Shown: positions 54,826 through 63,666 of the stretch, one piece after another | Numbering within the stretch: position 1 is the stretch's first letter | Layout: the number at the start of each line of letters is the position of its first letter | Source of the DNA: Candidatus Berkelbacteria bacterium | GTDB lineage: Bacteria; Patescibacteriota; UBA1384; JACPKC01 | Length of the DNA: 64,000 bases | Direction: 5' to 3' | NCBI GenBank assembly: GCA_016187225.1 | Contig: JACPKC010000010.1 | Location: forward strand, 67,541-131,540 | Notes under the pieces: model-generated | What the model was told of the DNA's origin: nothing | Seen by the model: only the letters and a program-made list of their open reading frames with translations | Databases searched by the model: none | Position numbers and translations under genes: made by a program

Positions 54826-56225
54826 AATTATTTAACACTGCAACGCAGAAACTTGAGTCGTTCAAGCCAATTCGTCCGAATGAGGTAGGTCTTTATGCGT
54901 GCGGCCCAACGGTCTATCAGTTTGCCCATCTGGGTAATTTTCGCACCTACCTTTTTGAAGATTGGCTCCGTCGCGTTCTTGAGTACCACGGATATGCCGT
55001 CAAGCACGTGATGAACATTACCGATGTCGGGCATTTGGTGAGCGATGCCGACTCGGGAGAAGATAAGCTTGCCCTCGCCGCCAAGAAAGAGGGAAAATCC
55101 GCTTGGCAAATTGCCTCGTTCTATACAGACGCTTTCTTTTTTGACACTGATCGGCTGAATATTGAACGGCCGCACAGTACGCCAAAAGCAGCCGATCACA
55201 TCAAGGATCAGATCGCGCTCATTCAACAACTCGACGCAAAAGGCTTTATCTATCAAACGAGTGATGGCGTCTACTTTGATATTCAGAAGTTCCCCGGGTA
55301 TGCAATCTTAGGTGGCCAATCACTGACTGATCTTGAGGCCGGCGCGCGGGTTGAAATTAATCCAGACAAGCGCCATTGGGCAGACTTTGCCCTGTGGAAG
55401 TTTTCTCCTTCTGATACTAAGCGGGATATGGAATGGGAAAGCCCGTGGGGGACTGGGTTCCCCGGTTGGCATCTTGAATGTAGCGCCATGAGTGTCAACG
55501 AGCTTGGTCAACCGTTTGATCTTCATGCCGGTGGCATTGATCACATTTTTCCACATCATACGAATGAGATTGCTCAAAGTCAGGCGGCCACGGGCCTGCC
55601 ACTGGCAAATTTTTGGCTCCATGGCGCGTTTATGCTTGTTGATAGCCAAAAAATGGGTAAATCCCTCGGCAACACTTTTACGCTTCAAGATATAGTTGAG
55701 CGTGGGCACGCGCCGCTGGCTTTTCGCTACCTCGCTTTGCAAACCCACTATCGCAAACAGTTAAACTTCACCTGGCAAGCGCTTGCAAGCGCCGAGCAGG
55801 CGCTTTTCAAGCTCTCGGCGTTGGCGGAATGTTTGCCAGAACAGGGGAATAAAGTGCCGGTGGAAATTGAAGAGAATTTTCGAGCGTTCATTGCCGACGA
55901 CCTAGCTCTCCCTCAAGCAATCGCGCTTTTTTGGGAGGTCTTGAAATCCAATCAACCTGATGAAGTTAAGGCTCAAGTGATTGTTCATTGGGATCAGATT
56001 TTCGGCTTGGGGCTTAAAGAAAAGTTGGGGCAAGGACAAAAGATCCCATTTGAAATTCAACGCCTGCTTAAAGAGCGCGACCAGGCAAGATTAAACAAGA
56101 ATTTCGTTATTGCCGATCGTTTGCGCCAGCAAATTGAGGAGCAAGGTTTTACGGTGCACGATAAAGATGCAGAGTCTTTCGCCACTCGAAATCCGAATGC
56201 CGATAGACAACCTTTCAACCATTGA
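54816..56225 (+). CDS. cysS: Cysteinyl-tRNA synthetase; the N-terminal 61 codons contain no ATG/GTG/TTG. The candidate start is AUA at 54816 with a GAGGAG SD 5 nt upstream.
   Basis: In-frame translation from 54825 gives 'KLFNTATQKLESFKPIRPNEVGLYACGPTVYQFAHLGNFRTY', which aligns with the CysRS N-terminus and its HIGH motif. Downstream are 'WHLECSAM' and KMSKS 'KMGKSLGN'. The in-frame stop is at 54804. Confidence 0.8.
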   Translation: MYLKLFNTATQKLESFKPIRPNEVGLYACGPTVYQFAHLGNFRTYLFEDWLRRVLEYHGYAVKHVMNITDVGHLVSDADSGEDKLALAAKKEGKSAWQIASFYTDAFFFDTDRLNIERPHSTPKAADHIKDQIALIQQLDAKGFIYQTSDGVYFDIQKFPGYAILGGQSLTDLEAGARVEINPDKRHWADFALWKFSPSDTKRDMEWESPWGTGFPGWHLECSAMSVNELGQPFDLHAGGIDHIFPHHTNEIAQSQAATGLPLANFWLHGAFMLVDSQKMGKSLGNTFTLQDIVERGHAPLAFRYLALQTHYRKQLNFTWQALASAEQALFKLSALAECLPEQGNKVPVEIEENFRAFIADDLALPQAIALFWEVLKSNQPDEVKAQVIVHWDQIFGLGLKEKLGQGQKIPFEIQRLLKERDQARLNKNFVIADRLRQQIEEQGFTVHDKDAESFATRNPNADRQPFNH

Positions 56226-56280
56226 CAGAAGAAAAGGTATCTGCTAGATTTTCACGTTCGTTAATGATATAAATAAATAG

Positions 56281-56308
56281 AAACCAGTGGAGGGCCGCTG
56301 GTTTTTTT
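56281..56308 (+). terminator. Rho-independent terminator after cysS
   Basis: Hairpin AAACCAGTGG-AGGG-CCGCTGGTTT followed by TTTTTTTG. Confidence 0.75.
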
Positions 56309-56461
56309 GTTCTTTCTCGCGTTCTGACTAGGAGCCGCGGAGAGTTGTCGGAGAGCGTTGCTCAAAGACAGTGCCCCTCCTTCCCGGCTGCCCCTCGGGT
56401 CTGGTTCCAGCTTGCTGGCGCCGGCCTGGTCAGAACATGGGGAAGAATAAAGAGGAAGCTA

Positions 56462-59434
56462 ATGTCAGAAAATCACGAGCAATCGAGAGCTAATCCAACG
56501 CCTGAAGGTTCGCATCAAGTTGAGAGTCAGGCAATTTCGCATATCCAAAATGCAATTCCTGAATATCAGCAGAATACGCCAAGTTTCGTAGCGTACAACT
56601 CGCACACTACTCAATCTATTGCTTCTGTTCGCGCTCAAATTGCAAACTACACTGAAAAACATCGCTTGAGTCAGGAAGCGCTTGCTATCCCGCGCGCGAG
56701 CATGCTTGGCAAAATTAAACAATCGCTCACGGTTCCCGCCACACCCGAACACCCAACTCGACTCCAGACTTTTTCCTCAAAGTTTCGAGAGTTTTGGCAC
56801 AAATCAAGCACGCGGTGGGCGCGTTTCGGCGCTGGCGCCGTTGCGACCGGTACAGCCTTCGTGGGCGTTGCCACAGCTAATCCGGTTTTAATTGGTCTTG
56901 GTTTAAGTGGCCGAGTCGCGCTTTCTGGAGCGGGCGCTTTCGCCACCTCTCAAACTTCTATGGAGGGCCGCGATTTGCGCCGTGAAACTAACACCAGCGA
57001 AAAACTCTCACCAATTCGTTGGCTAAAGGGTATCTTTAATAAAAACGCGCTTGCTTTAACTCCTCGAGAGCTTCAATCGATGCAAGTTGAGGAAAGGCAG
57101 GAGCGTTTAGGCAAAACTCTTGCAACGGCCCGAGCAATGGGCGCCGGGAATGTTTTTGATGTTACCAGCCAGCCAACGGCTCTTGAGCAACTCGTCACTT
57201 ATTCTCTGCATACCACGCGCCGGGTTGAACAAGTGCGCCAGGCGCTTCAGAATCGTTTAGAGAGAACTAAATCGAAAGATGCCGGAGTTCAAGCGCAGGC
57301 GCTTCAAAAGTTTGATCAATACAAACTCAACGCAACTCTAAATCGAATTCATATTCACCGATCAAAGTTTTTTGATAATCAAGAAGCCAAGATCGAGCGT
57401 GAAAATTTTGTTCAAGCGGTGGAAAATCATGCAGTCAACAATTTGGTTGAGGCTAAGCAGACTGCTAAAAAGCGCACCTGGATTGCCGCCGCATGGGGCG
57501 CGGGTGCGGCTTTGGTAACGGGATTAACGGGTTTAAAACGCATTGAAACGGCTGAACTTTCCTCCAATTACGGCGAAGGTGTTGGGCCGGCGCTCAAACG
57601 TCTAGTCGAAGGAATTAAGAACATTCCGGGCAATCTAAAAGCGATGGCTGAACGCATCTACGACGATTATTTGCGGCCGACGCCAGAAGTGACGGTTCCC
57701 CCTGCCAGTATTTCTTCTACCGTTCCTGAAGTCATTGGCAGTTACGCTTATCAAAAATCACTCTTGCAAGCCATCGAGAAGGCGCGTGAAACTGGCACGA
57801 ATGCGCCAATTTGGCAAGCGCTCACTGATCTTAAGAAGCAGGGAATTGTTTTAAGCGATGTCTTGACAGCAGACAATAAGAACGAACAGGGTCTCTCTTT
57901 CATTGATTACCTCAAGTTAAACGTTGATCGTTTTCAATCGCCAGAGGAACAGCCGGCGTTGCACAAGCTACTTTCCAGTCAGATCGATGCTCATGGCATC
58001 AGTTCAAGCTATGTCAATGAAAGTCATATCAACTACGCCAACGCGCGCGGTATCAGCACAACTCTTCACGGCAAAAAACTTGAAGCGATGTTCGATAGTC
58101 ATGGCCGTGTGGCGGATTTAGAACTTGGCGGCGTCAATCGTCCGGATCTAATTGAATATATCTCAACTAGCGATGGCCGCTTGTGCTTTGATGAAGTTGC
58201 TTTTAGCGCCGATCACCCGATGCCGGAAGTTGCGCGTCGAAATCCTTTTGCTTTGCCGCAACTGGTTCAAGATGAAATGGTACAGGCAACCGGTAAATTG
58301 CCAGCCACCGACGTTATTGAGCAGCCACAACCGATCGATGCTTTTATTGGGGCGCATAAAGGCGTTAAATACTATGAATATAACTTTGGTGATCATGAGC
58401 TAGTGACTTTCACGCAACCGAGTGGAACATTTGAAGTTTGGGAAAAAGTTGATCTAGGCGTGCGCGGAGTCGGCATTCAACCGGCGGCCGAATTTAGGGA
58501 AATTTTTCAGGGCGCGGAACTGCCAAAGCCAGATTATGGCGTTGAGTATCAGGGCGAGTATCAGGTTTCATTTGAGAATGACTTTGGCGGTCCGATCACG
58601 GCCGAGCGAGTTGCTGGTTTCAGTCAAGAAGAGTTAGCGCACTTCAAGAAAGTGGCCGCCGATCGAGAATCGATCACTCGGTTCTTGAGTCGGCACAGTA
58701 TTGAGAGCCAAAATTTCTTTGTGAATGCGGAATTAGTTAATAGCAAGAATGCGGCTGATGGTACCTGGACAACGTTCTATAATCCAAACGCCCAGTTTGG
58801 TAGCCCCGATACCGGTGTAAAGATTCGTTTCGACGAAGTTGGTCAGGTACAAGAAGTCAAAATGGCCCACATTCCAGTGAACGTTGAGGAAACCCGTCGC
58901 CTCGATGCCTATGTGAGCGAAATGGCCCGTCAGGCGGAGCAGAGTGGTACTGGCGTGAACACTGCCGAAACCGCACGGCTCGATGATGCAGTTCGCGCAC
59001 TGGCTCGCGGAGATCAGGCCAAAGCCACAGTTACTCCAGTTGCTTCGTTTGTAACGAACTCAATGGTGAATACATCGGTTCTGGATGCGCGACCTGAAGT
59101 TGTAGCCCCGCCTATTCAACAAGATGTTATCCATGAGCCAGTAGTAAAGGTTCCAGCGCATACTGATTTTCAAACGTCGATAATGTCGCCTGCGATAGAG
59201 CAGGTTCAGACTCAAAATGAACTTCCTCGAATCGATCTCGCGCCTGAAATTGCGCAACCAGAAGCAATCACTTCAAGCGAAGTACCATTTATGCAAGTCA
59301 TTCCTGAATCGGTTAACGAGACATCTCAAGCGCCGCGCTTGCCTGTAATTTCAGAAAATGTTGAACCGGCTGGATCGGTAGGAGAGAGCGGAGTTTTGCC
59401 GGTGATTCAAGTTGATTCCGAACTCGAAAAATAA
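56462..59434 (+). CDS. Large hypothetical protein (about 990 aa) with two Gly/Ala-rich hydrophobic segments and a Pro/Val/Glu-rich C-terminus
   Basis: The start is taken at the ATG after the AAGAGGAAG SD. The hydrophobic segments are 'GAGAVATGTAFVGVATANPVLIGLGLSG' and 'WIAAAWGAGAALVTGLTGL'. No recognizable catalytic motif. Confidence 0.6.
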   Translation: MSENHEQSRANPTPEGSHQVESQAISHIQNAIPEYQQNTPSFVAYNSHTTQSIASVRAQIANYTEKHRLSQEALAIPRASMLGKIKQSLTVPATPEHPTRLQTFSSKFREFWHKSSTRWARFGAGAVATGTAFVGVATANPVLIGLGLSGRVALSGAGAFATSQTSMEGRDLRRETNTSEKLSPIRWLKGIFNKNALALTPRELQSMQVEERQERLGKTLATARAMGAGNVFDVTSQPTALEQLVTYSLHTTRRVEQVRQALQNRLERTKSKDAGVQAQALQKFDQYKLNATLNRIHIHRSKFFDNQEAKIERENFVQAVENHAVNNLVEAKQTAKKRTWIAAAWGAGAALVTGLTGLKRIETAELSSNYGEGVGPALKRLVEGIKNIPGNLKAMAERIYDDYLRPTPEVTVPPASISSTVPEVIGSYAYQKSLLQAIEKARETGTNAPIWQALTDLKKQGIVLSDVLTADNKNEQGLSFIDYLKLNVDRFQSPEEQPALHKLLSSQIDAHGISSSYVNESHINYANARGISTTLHGKKLEAMFDSHGRVADLELGGVNRPDLIEYISTSDGRLCFDEVAFSADHPMPEVARRNPFALPQLVQDEMVQATGKLPATDVIEQPQPIDAFIGAHKGVKYYEYNFGDHELVTFTQPSGTFEVWEKVDLGVRGVGIQPAAEFREIFQGAELPKPDYGVEYQGEYQVSFENDFGGPITAERVAGFSQEELAHFKKVAADRESITRFLSRHSIESQNFFVNAELVNSKNAADGTWTTFYNPNAQFGSPDTGVKIRFDEVGQVQEVKMAHIPVNVEETRRLDAYVSEMARQAEQSGTGVNTAETARLDDAVRALARGDQAKATVTPVASFVTNSMVNTSVLDARPEVVAPPIQQDVIHEPVVKVPAHTDFQTSIMSPAIEQVQTQNELPRIDLAPEIAQPEAITSSEVPFMQVIPESVNETSQAPRLPVISENVEPAGSVGESGVLPVIQVDSELEK

Positions 59435-59540
59435 TCTTTGAGAGTCTTAGAGCTTTTCACTTTGTGTGTAAAGCTTGATAGGCGTTCAAAGCGGAACGTT
59501 AAAAATTTAGAAAAAATAAGAAGGAAGGGGGTACTCAAAG

Positions 59541-60455
59541 ATGGGTACTCGTAAAAATGGGAACGTTTTTTTTCTTATCGTCGCGCTGGTGGTGAGTGTG
59601 ATGACGATACCAGTGTTCGCACTGGGTTTTCTCGGGCCAATCCTGACTTTCGGGATGTGGTTAGCCGAACAGTTTCGTGACCAGCACCATCGGGCGGAGA
59701 CTCATTCGCCGACGGTTTCATTCGTAATTCAGGTGCCTGACAAGTATCGTCAGCGCGCCGATGAATTTCGGATCGAAACCGACATGGTGATAATCCCGCC
59801 AAGCGAGTCGGGCTACACGTACCGACTCATTAAGGAAGATGGTGGGATGCTTTGGCCAACGACCGTCCGCGTCTGGACTCCGACTTCGGGGTATGAGATT
59901 GAAAAGGTCGAACTGCGGGAGGGGAACCACGTTGTCGATAAGATCGAAGGCAAGCGACTGAAGGCGATGAAGTATTTCGACCTTCAGTTGCCAGATTCGG
60001 TCGGTAACGCGCGGGGTTCGCCCGACCACTTCGAAGTGGTCTTCTACCTTCCGGACGATGAGGAGGAGCGCGTGTCGTGTTCCTTCAGTGTTTTGGCGCT
60101 GACGATCTACGACTGGTATCTGCAGTACGATGAACTGCAAAACCAGCGGATTGGGCGCCGAATGGCTGAAACGCCGCGCCAACTCCACCCTGAGCGGACC
60201 GAGACGGTGACGGTAATCGTTGAGACCGAGACCGGTCTGACGGTTATCGACACCGTAGGGGTGAATCCGCAGGACCGGGCGGCAATCGCTTTCTCGGAGA
60301 AGGTTCAGCCGGGTGTCTATCGCATTCGGGTCAAACCGGGTGCGGTCCGCATCGGTCTGGACCGGCCCGGAGTGGCGACTCCGCCGCCGATTCAAGACGG
60401 TTTCTACGCCGTCGCGCCTGGGTCGCAAACCCAGATCACATTGAAAGGGAGGTAG
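59541..60455 (+). CDS. Membrane-anchored hypothetical protein (304 aa) in a GC-rich segment
   Basis: SD AAGGAAGGGGG. N-terminal TM hairpin 'VFFLIVALVVSVMTIPVFALGFLGPILTFGMWL'. Local GC and codon usage (CGG/GGG/GTC-rich) differ from the flanks. Confidence 0.6.
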   Translation: MGTRKNGNVFFLIVALVVSVMTIPVFALGFLGPILTFGMWLAEQFRDQHHRAETHSPTVSFVIQVPDKYRQRADEFRIETDMVIIPPSESGYTYRLIKEDGGMLWPTTVRVWTPTSGYEIEKVELREGNHVVDKIEGKRLKAMKYFDLQLPDSVGNARGSPDHFEVVFYLPDDEEERVSCSFSVLALTIYDWYLQYDELQNQRIGRRMAETPRQLHPERTETVTVIVETETGLTVIDTVGVNPQDRAAIAFSEKVQPGVYRIRVKPGAVRIGLDRPGVATPPPIQDGFYAVAPGSQTQITLKGR

Positions 60456-60460
60456 AAAAG

Positions 60461-61237
60461 ATGAAAATTTTTTTCATCTTGTTAGCAGTTTTTTTTCTGG
60501 CGGGTCTGCCCACCAGTGCGCGTGGGTATTTGGTACCCGGCAAGAACCCGCAGTCGCCGGCGATCCGGAACGCGGGCAACGAAGTGACGGCGCTCCGGAT
60601 CGCCCAGGAGAAGGGCTGGCGGGTCTACCAGTTGCCCGTCAATACCTACGTGGGTAACTACGGCGCTTCCGGCGAGTTTGTCCGGGGTGTCTTGCCCAGG
60701 GGCGCCTGGATGGGCACAGACGGTACCCACGAGTACGTCGTGGGTTATACCGACGGCCGAGGGGTTTGGCGTGGGTGCGGAAACCTGACCGATCGCATCC
60801 CACCGCCGCCGCCAGTGCGCATTCCACCACCATCGCCGCCGAAGCCGCCGCCCCTCATCCCCTTCATACCGATCACTTCGGGTCTCGTGGTGACTCACGA
60901 GTGGCGGGGTGAGAAGAGTGGCGCGGCGACCGCCAGCGAGTTCTTAACTCGCAACCCGGTTCAAGCGCCGACTATTGTCGGGGATGCCAAGGTGAGCATC
61001 AGCCAGGTGCAAACCCAGGCTCAACCCCTGGCCTTCCCAGACTTTAATATTTCGGCTTTGTCTTCGGCAAACGCCGAAACCGGGCCGATCCAAAACAACA
61101 ACTCCGCCACCTCCCAGGCGAGTAACGTGAACACCGTGCCGATCGGTGTGAACACCGGGCCTGGGAGCGTGACGGTGACTGGGAGTGGCGCGGGTACGCA
61201 AACCGCGCCCACCCAGCAGAACAATTTGATCAGATAG
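60461..61237 (+). CDS. Secreted hypothetical protein (258 aa) with a Pro-rich linker and an N/S/T-rich C-terminal repeat-like segment
   Basis: SD AAAGGGAGG. Signal peptide 'FFILLAVFFLAGLPTSARG'. Polyproline 'IPPPPPVRIPPPSPPKPPPLIP'. The C-terminus 'IQNNNSATSQASNVNTVPIGVNTGPGSVTVTGSG' resembles the repeats of the next gene. Confidence 0.6.
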   Translation: MKIFFILLAVFFLAGLPTSARGYLVPGKNPQSPAIRNAGNEVTALRIAQEKGWRVYQLPVNTYVGNYGASGEFVRGVLPRGAWMGTDGTHEYVVGYTDGRGVWRGCGNLTDRIPPPPPVRIPPPSPPKPPPLIPFIPITSGLVVTHEWRGEKSGAATASEFLTRNPVQAPTIVGDAKVSISQVQTQAQPLAFPDFNISALSSANAETGPIQNNNSATSQASNVNTVPIGVNTGPGSVTVTGSGAGTQTAPTQQNNLIR

Positions 61238-61399
61238 CAACAAGGAGGAGTTGCTGTCTGACAGAGTCTTACCCCGAGCTTCGGCTCGGGGGATATTTCC
61301 TCTAGTCAAATCATGTTGACTGGAGGAAAGTATCAATTGAGGGCGTGCGCTGGTCGAAGCGGGCGAGAGTGCAAATATCGGAAAGGTGGTGAATAAACT

Positions 61400-62230
61400 A
61401 TGCAAAAATCTATCGCAATCGTTGCGTTTGCCTTGATGGTGACAGCTGGATCCTCAAGTGTATTCGCGGCGACCGTGCAAAATAACAACAGCTCTACGAG
61501 TCAGAGCCAGAACACTAACGCCGTTACAACGGTTGTTAATACTGGCAGTGGCTCCGCGGCTGGTTCAAGTAGTTCGGCGAGCGCCCAGGATTCGTCAACG
61601 AATCAATCGAACGAGAGGCAATCAACTTCGACTTCGCAAAGTTCGGGCACTGCGACTACAGGTTTGGTGCAAAATAACAATGTTAGCACCAGTCAAAGCC
61701 AGAACGTAAACGCCACCACAACGGTTGTTAACACCGGCAGTGGGAATGTGAGCGGCTCGGCGAGCGCCAGTGGCGGTCAAGCGTCAGAAACAACGCAAAG
61801 CAACTTTGCTTCTGGAAACAGCCAAAATCGGACCGAAAATAACAACAGTTCGATTAGCCAAAGCCAGAACGTGAATTGCGGCACAACCGTTGTCAATACC
61901 TCATCAGGTGATGCCTCTGGTGCGTGTGCGGCGGCAGGTAGCCAAACGGCAACTACGACACAGTCGAACACAACCGAACAGACTCAAACGAAAAAGAATG
62001 AGACCAAGATTGAACAAGCCCAATCAGTGGCACAAGCAACTTCAGTGGCTGGTGTTCCAACCACAACCACTCAAGTCCCGCCGGTTACAACCAAAACCGA
62101 GCTTCCGAAAGAGCTCCTGAAGACGGGTGCAAATACGGTTGCTCTCGCGCTTGGTAGCGCAGTGATCTCAGCCGGTGGCGCAGCATTCGCTCGTCGCAAG
62201 CAGATGGTCGCAGATCTCATCGTTGGCTAA
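61400..62230 (+). CDS. Surface repeat protein: signal peptide, three tandem repeats of about 38 aa (VQNNNxSTSQSQNxNAxTTVVNTGSG...), Thr-rich stalk and a C-terminal LPXTG-like sorting signal
   Basis: Three tandem repeats are visible. The C-terminus 'LPKELLKTGANTVALALGSAVISAGGAAFARRKQ' is a motif + hydrophobic helix + basic tail. Confidence 0.7.
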   Translation: MQKSIAIVAFALMVTAGSSSVFAATVQNNNSSTSQSQNTNAVTTVVNTGSGSAAGSSSSASAQDSSTNQSNERQSTSTSQSSGTATTGLVQNNNVSTSQSQNVNATTTVVNTGSGNVSGSASASGGQASETTQSNFASGNSQNRTENNNSSISQSQNVNCGTTVVNTSSGDASGACAAAGSQTATTTQSNTTEQTQTKKNETKIEQAQSVAQATSVAGVPTTTTQVPPVTTKTELPKELLKTGANTVALALGSAVISAGGAAFARRKQMVADLIVG

Positions 62231-62255
62231 TGCTAACGGTATGTTTTAAGGGGCC

Positions 62256-62281
62256 AAAACGACGCGGAAACGCGTCGTTTT
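62256..62281 (+). terminator. Rho-independent terminator after the repeat protein gene
   Basis: Perfect 11-bp stem AAAACGACGCG-GAAA-CGCGTCGTTTT followed by T-rich sequence. Confidence 0.85.
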
Positions 62282-62321
62282 GCGTTGAAGGAGGGGGAGC
62301 CATCTGGTACACTACCGAACC

Positions 62322-63305
62322 ATGGAAGAGCAATTCGATGAGGGTAAACTCAAACTCTACGATCTTCTCAAACTCGGAGAGAAAGAAACGTTGATCCGGA
62401 CCATCGAAGCCGAAATGGCACTGCCGGAGTTTTGGGCTGACCGAATCCGCGCTGAAACTCGTTCAAAAGAGCTGGCGAGTGCCAAATCACTCATCGAGGA
62501 GTGGGAGCGCGCAGAGACTCCAGAGAGTTTACGAACGTTAGAACTCAAAGCAGTGTTGGCCGGCCAGTACGATGCCAGCAACGCAATCGTCTCGCTTCAT
62601 GCCGGTGCTGGTGGCACTGAAGCGCAGGATTGGACGAGTATGCTCAAGCGAATGGTAGAGCGCTGGGCGGAGCACAAGGGATTTTCAGTGACCCTGCTTG
62701 ATGAATCCCGCGGCGAAGAAGCCGGACTCAAATCCGCAACGCTCAAGATTGAGGGGCCATACGCCTATGGATACCTCAAGGCTGAAGCTGGGGTTCACCG
62801 TCTTGTCAGGATCTCTCCGTTTGATTCCGATAAAGCCCGCCATACATCATTCTCGCTCGTAGAAGTTGTACCGGAACTACGCGAGGTAGGGGATATAGAG
62901 ATCGACGAAAAAGATCTACGGATCGATCTCTTCCGAGCCGGTGGCCATGGTGGTCAGAATGTGAATAAAGTAGAAACGGCGGTTCGCCTTACACATATTC
63001 CGACCGGAATTGTTGTAACATCACAGAACGAACGATCACAGGCACAGAATCGAGAGTTGGCAATGAAGGTGCTGATTGCAAAGCTACAGGTACTTGCCGA
63101 ACAGGCACATCTCGACAAGATCTCTGAACTGAAAGGTGAGCATCGGAAGGTAGAGTGGGGGAGTCAAATTCGTTCATACGTCCTCCAGCCGTACCGGCTG
63201 GTGAAGGATGTTCGAACGGGTCATGAAGAGTCTAATGTTGATGCCGTGCTCGATGGTAATCTCGATCCATTTATAGAAGCGTATCTCGAACAACAGGTAA
63301 AATAA
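62322..63305 (+). CDS. prfB: Peptide chain release factor 2 (short form, 327 aa)
   Basis: SPF motif '[15 protein letters not shown]' and GGQ motif '[25 protein letters not shown]'. No in-frame upstream extension (stop at 62286) and no CUU-UGA-C frameshift site found. Confidence 0.85.
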   Translation: MEEQFDEGKLKLYDLLKLGEKETLIRTIEAEMALPEFWADRIRAETRSKELASAKSLIEEWERAETPESLRTLELKAVLAGQYDASNAIVSLHAGAGGTEAQDWTSMLKRMVERWAEHKGFSVTLLDESRGEEAGLKSATLKIEGPYAYGYLKAEAGVHRLVRISPFDSDKARHTSFSLVEVVPELREVGDIEIDEKDLRIDLFRAGGHGGQNVNKVETAVRLTHIPTGIVVTSQNERSQAQNRELAMKVLIAKLQVLAEQAHLDKISELKGEHRKVEWGSQIRSYVLQPYRLVKDVRTGHEESNVDAVLDGNLDPFIEAYLEQQVK

Positions 63306-63338
63306 CCAACAAAAGACGAATAGAAGAAAGGAACATCA

Positions 63339-63641
63339 ATGCCAGGCATGTTTGACCAAGCGAAAGCGCTCCTTAAGGCGCGGAAGGCCCAGCAAGAGTT
63401 AAAAAAAACCGAGATTGAGGCGAGTGGGGGAGAGGGTAAGGTATTGCTCGTTTTTACCGGAGATCTCAAGCTGAAATCGATTACTCTTGACGAGTCATTG
63501 CTTGCGCCAGAGCGTAAAGCCGAGCTCGAGCGCTTACTCAAGGACACTTTTACTCAAGGTATGCAGGAAACCCAGCAAGTGGCGGCCGATAAAACGCGGG
63601 GCGTGATGCGCGATCTCGGCATGAATATCCCGGGGATGTAG
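63339..63641 (+). CDS. ybaB: Nucleoid-associated protein YbaB/EbfC family
   Basis: 'MFDQAKALLKARKAQQEL...GEGKVLLVFTGDLKLKSITLDESLL...LERLLKDTF' is the YbaB pattern. Confidence 0.8.
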   Translation: MPGMFDQAKALLKARKAQQELKKTEIEASGGEGKVLLVFTGDLKLKSITLDESLLAPERKAELERLLKDTFTQGMQETQQVAADKTRGVMRDLGMNIPGM

Positions 63642-63645
63642 TGCT

Positions 63646-63662
63646 AGATGTGTTCCCAATAA
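63646..63662 (-). repeat. Inverted-orientation copy of the TTATTGGGGAACACATC box (plus strand AGATGTGTTCCCAATAA), 4 nt upstream of the pth start
   Basis: It matches copies at 5241-5258, 5385-5402 and 13148-13165, with one G fewer. Confidence 0.5.
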
Positions 63663-63666
63663 TTTT

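Noticed and set aside
54828-55256. 142-aa minus-strand ORF
   Set aside because: It is antisense to the conserved N-terminal catalytic region of cysS (HIGH motif) and has no homology signal.
59575-61405. Long minus-strand ORFs (236, 138, 153 aa and smaller) inside the GC-rich island
   Set aside because: They are expected stop-codon-poor antisense frames in high-GC DNA. The plus-strand genes have proper SDs, a signal peptide or TM, and contiguous operon structure.
62241-62249. Mini-ORF ATG-TTT-TAA just upstream of prfB, echoing the E. coli RF2 N-terminus MFE
   Set aside because: It is only two codons. It lies upstream of the preceding gene's terminator hairpin. No frameshift heptamer is present. 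It is most likely coincidence.
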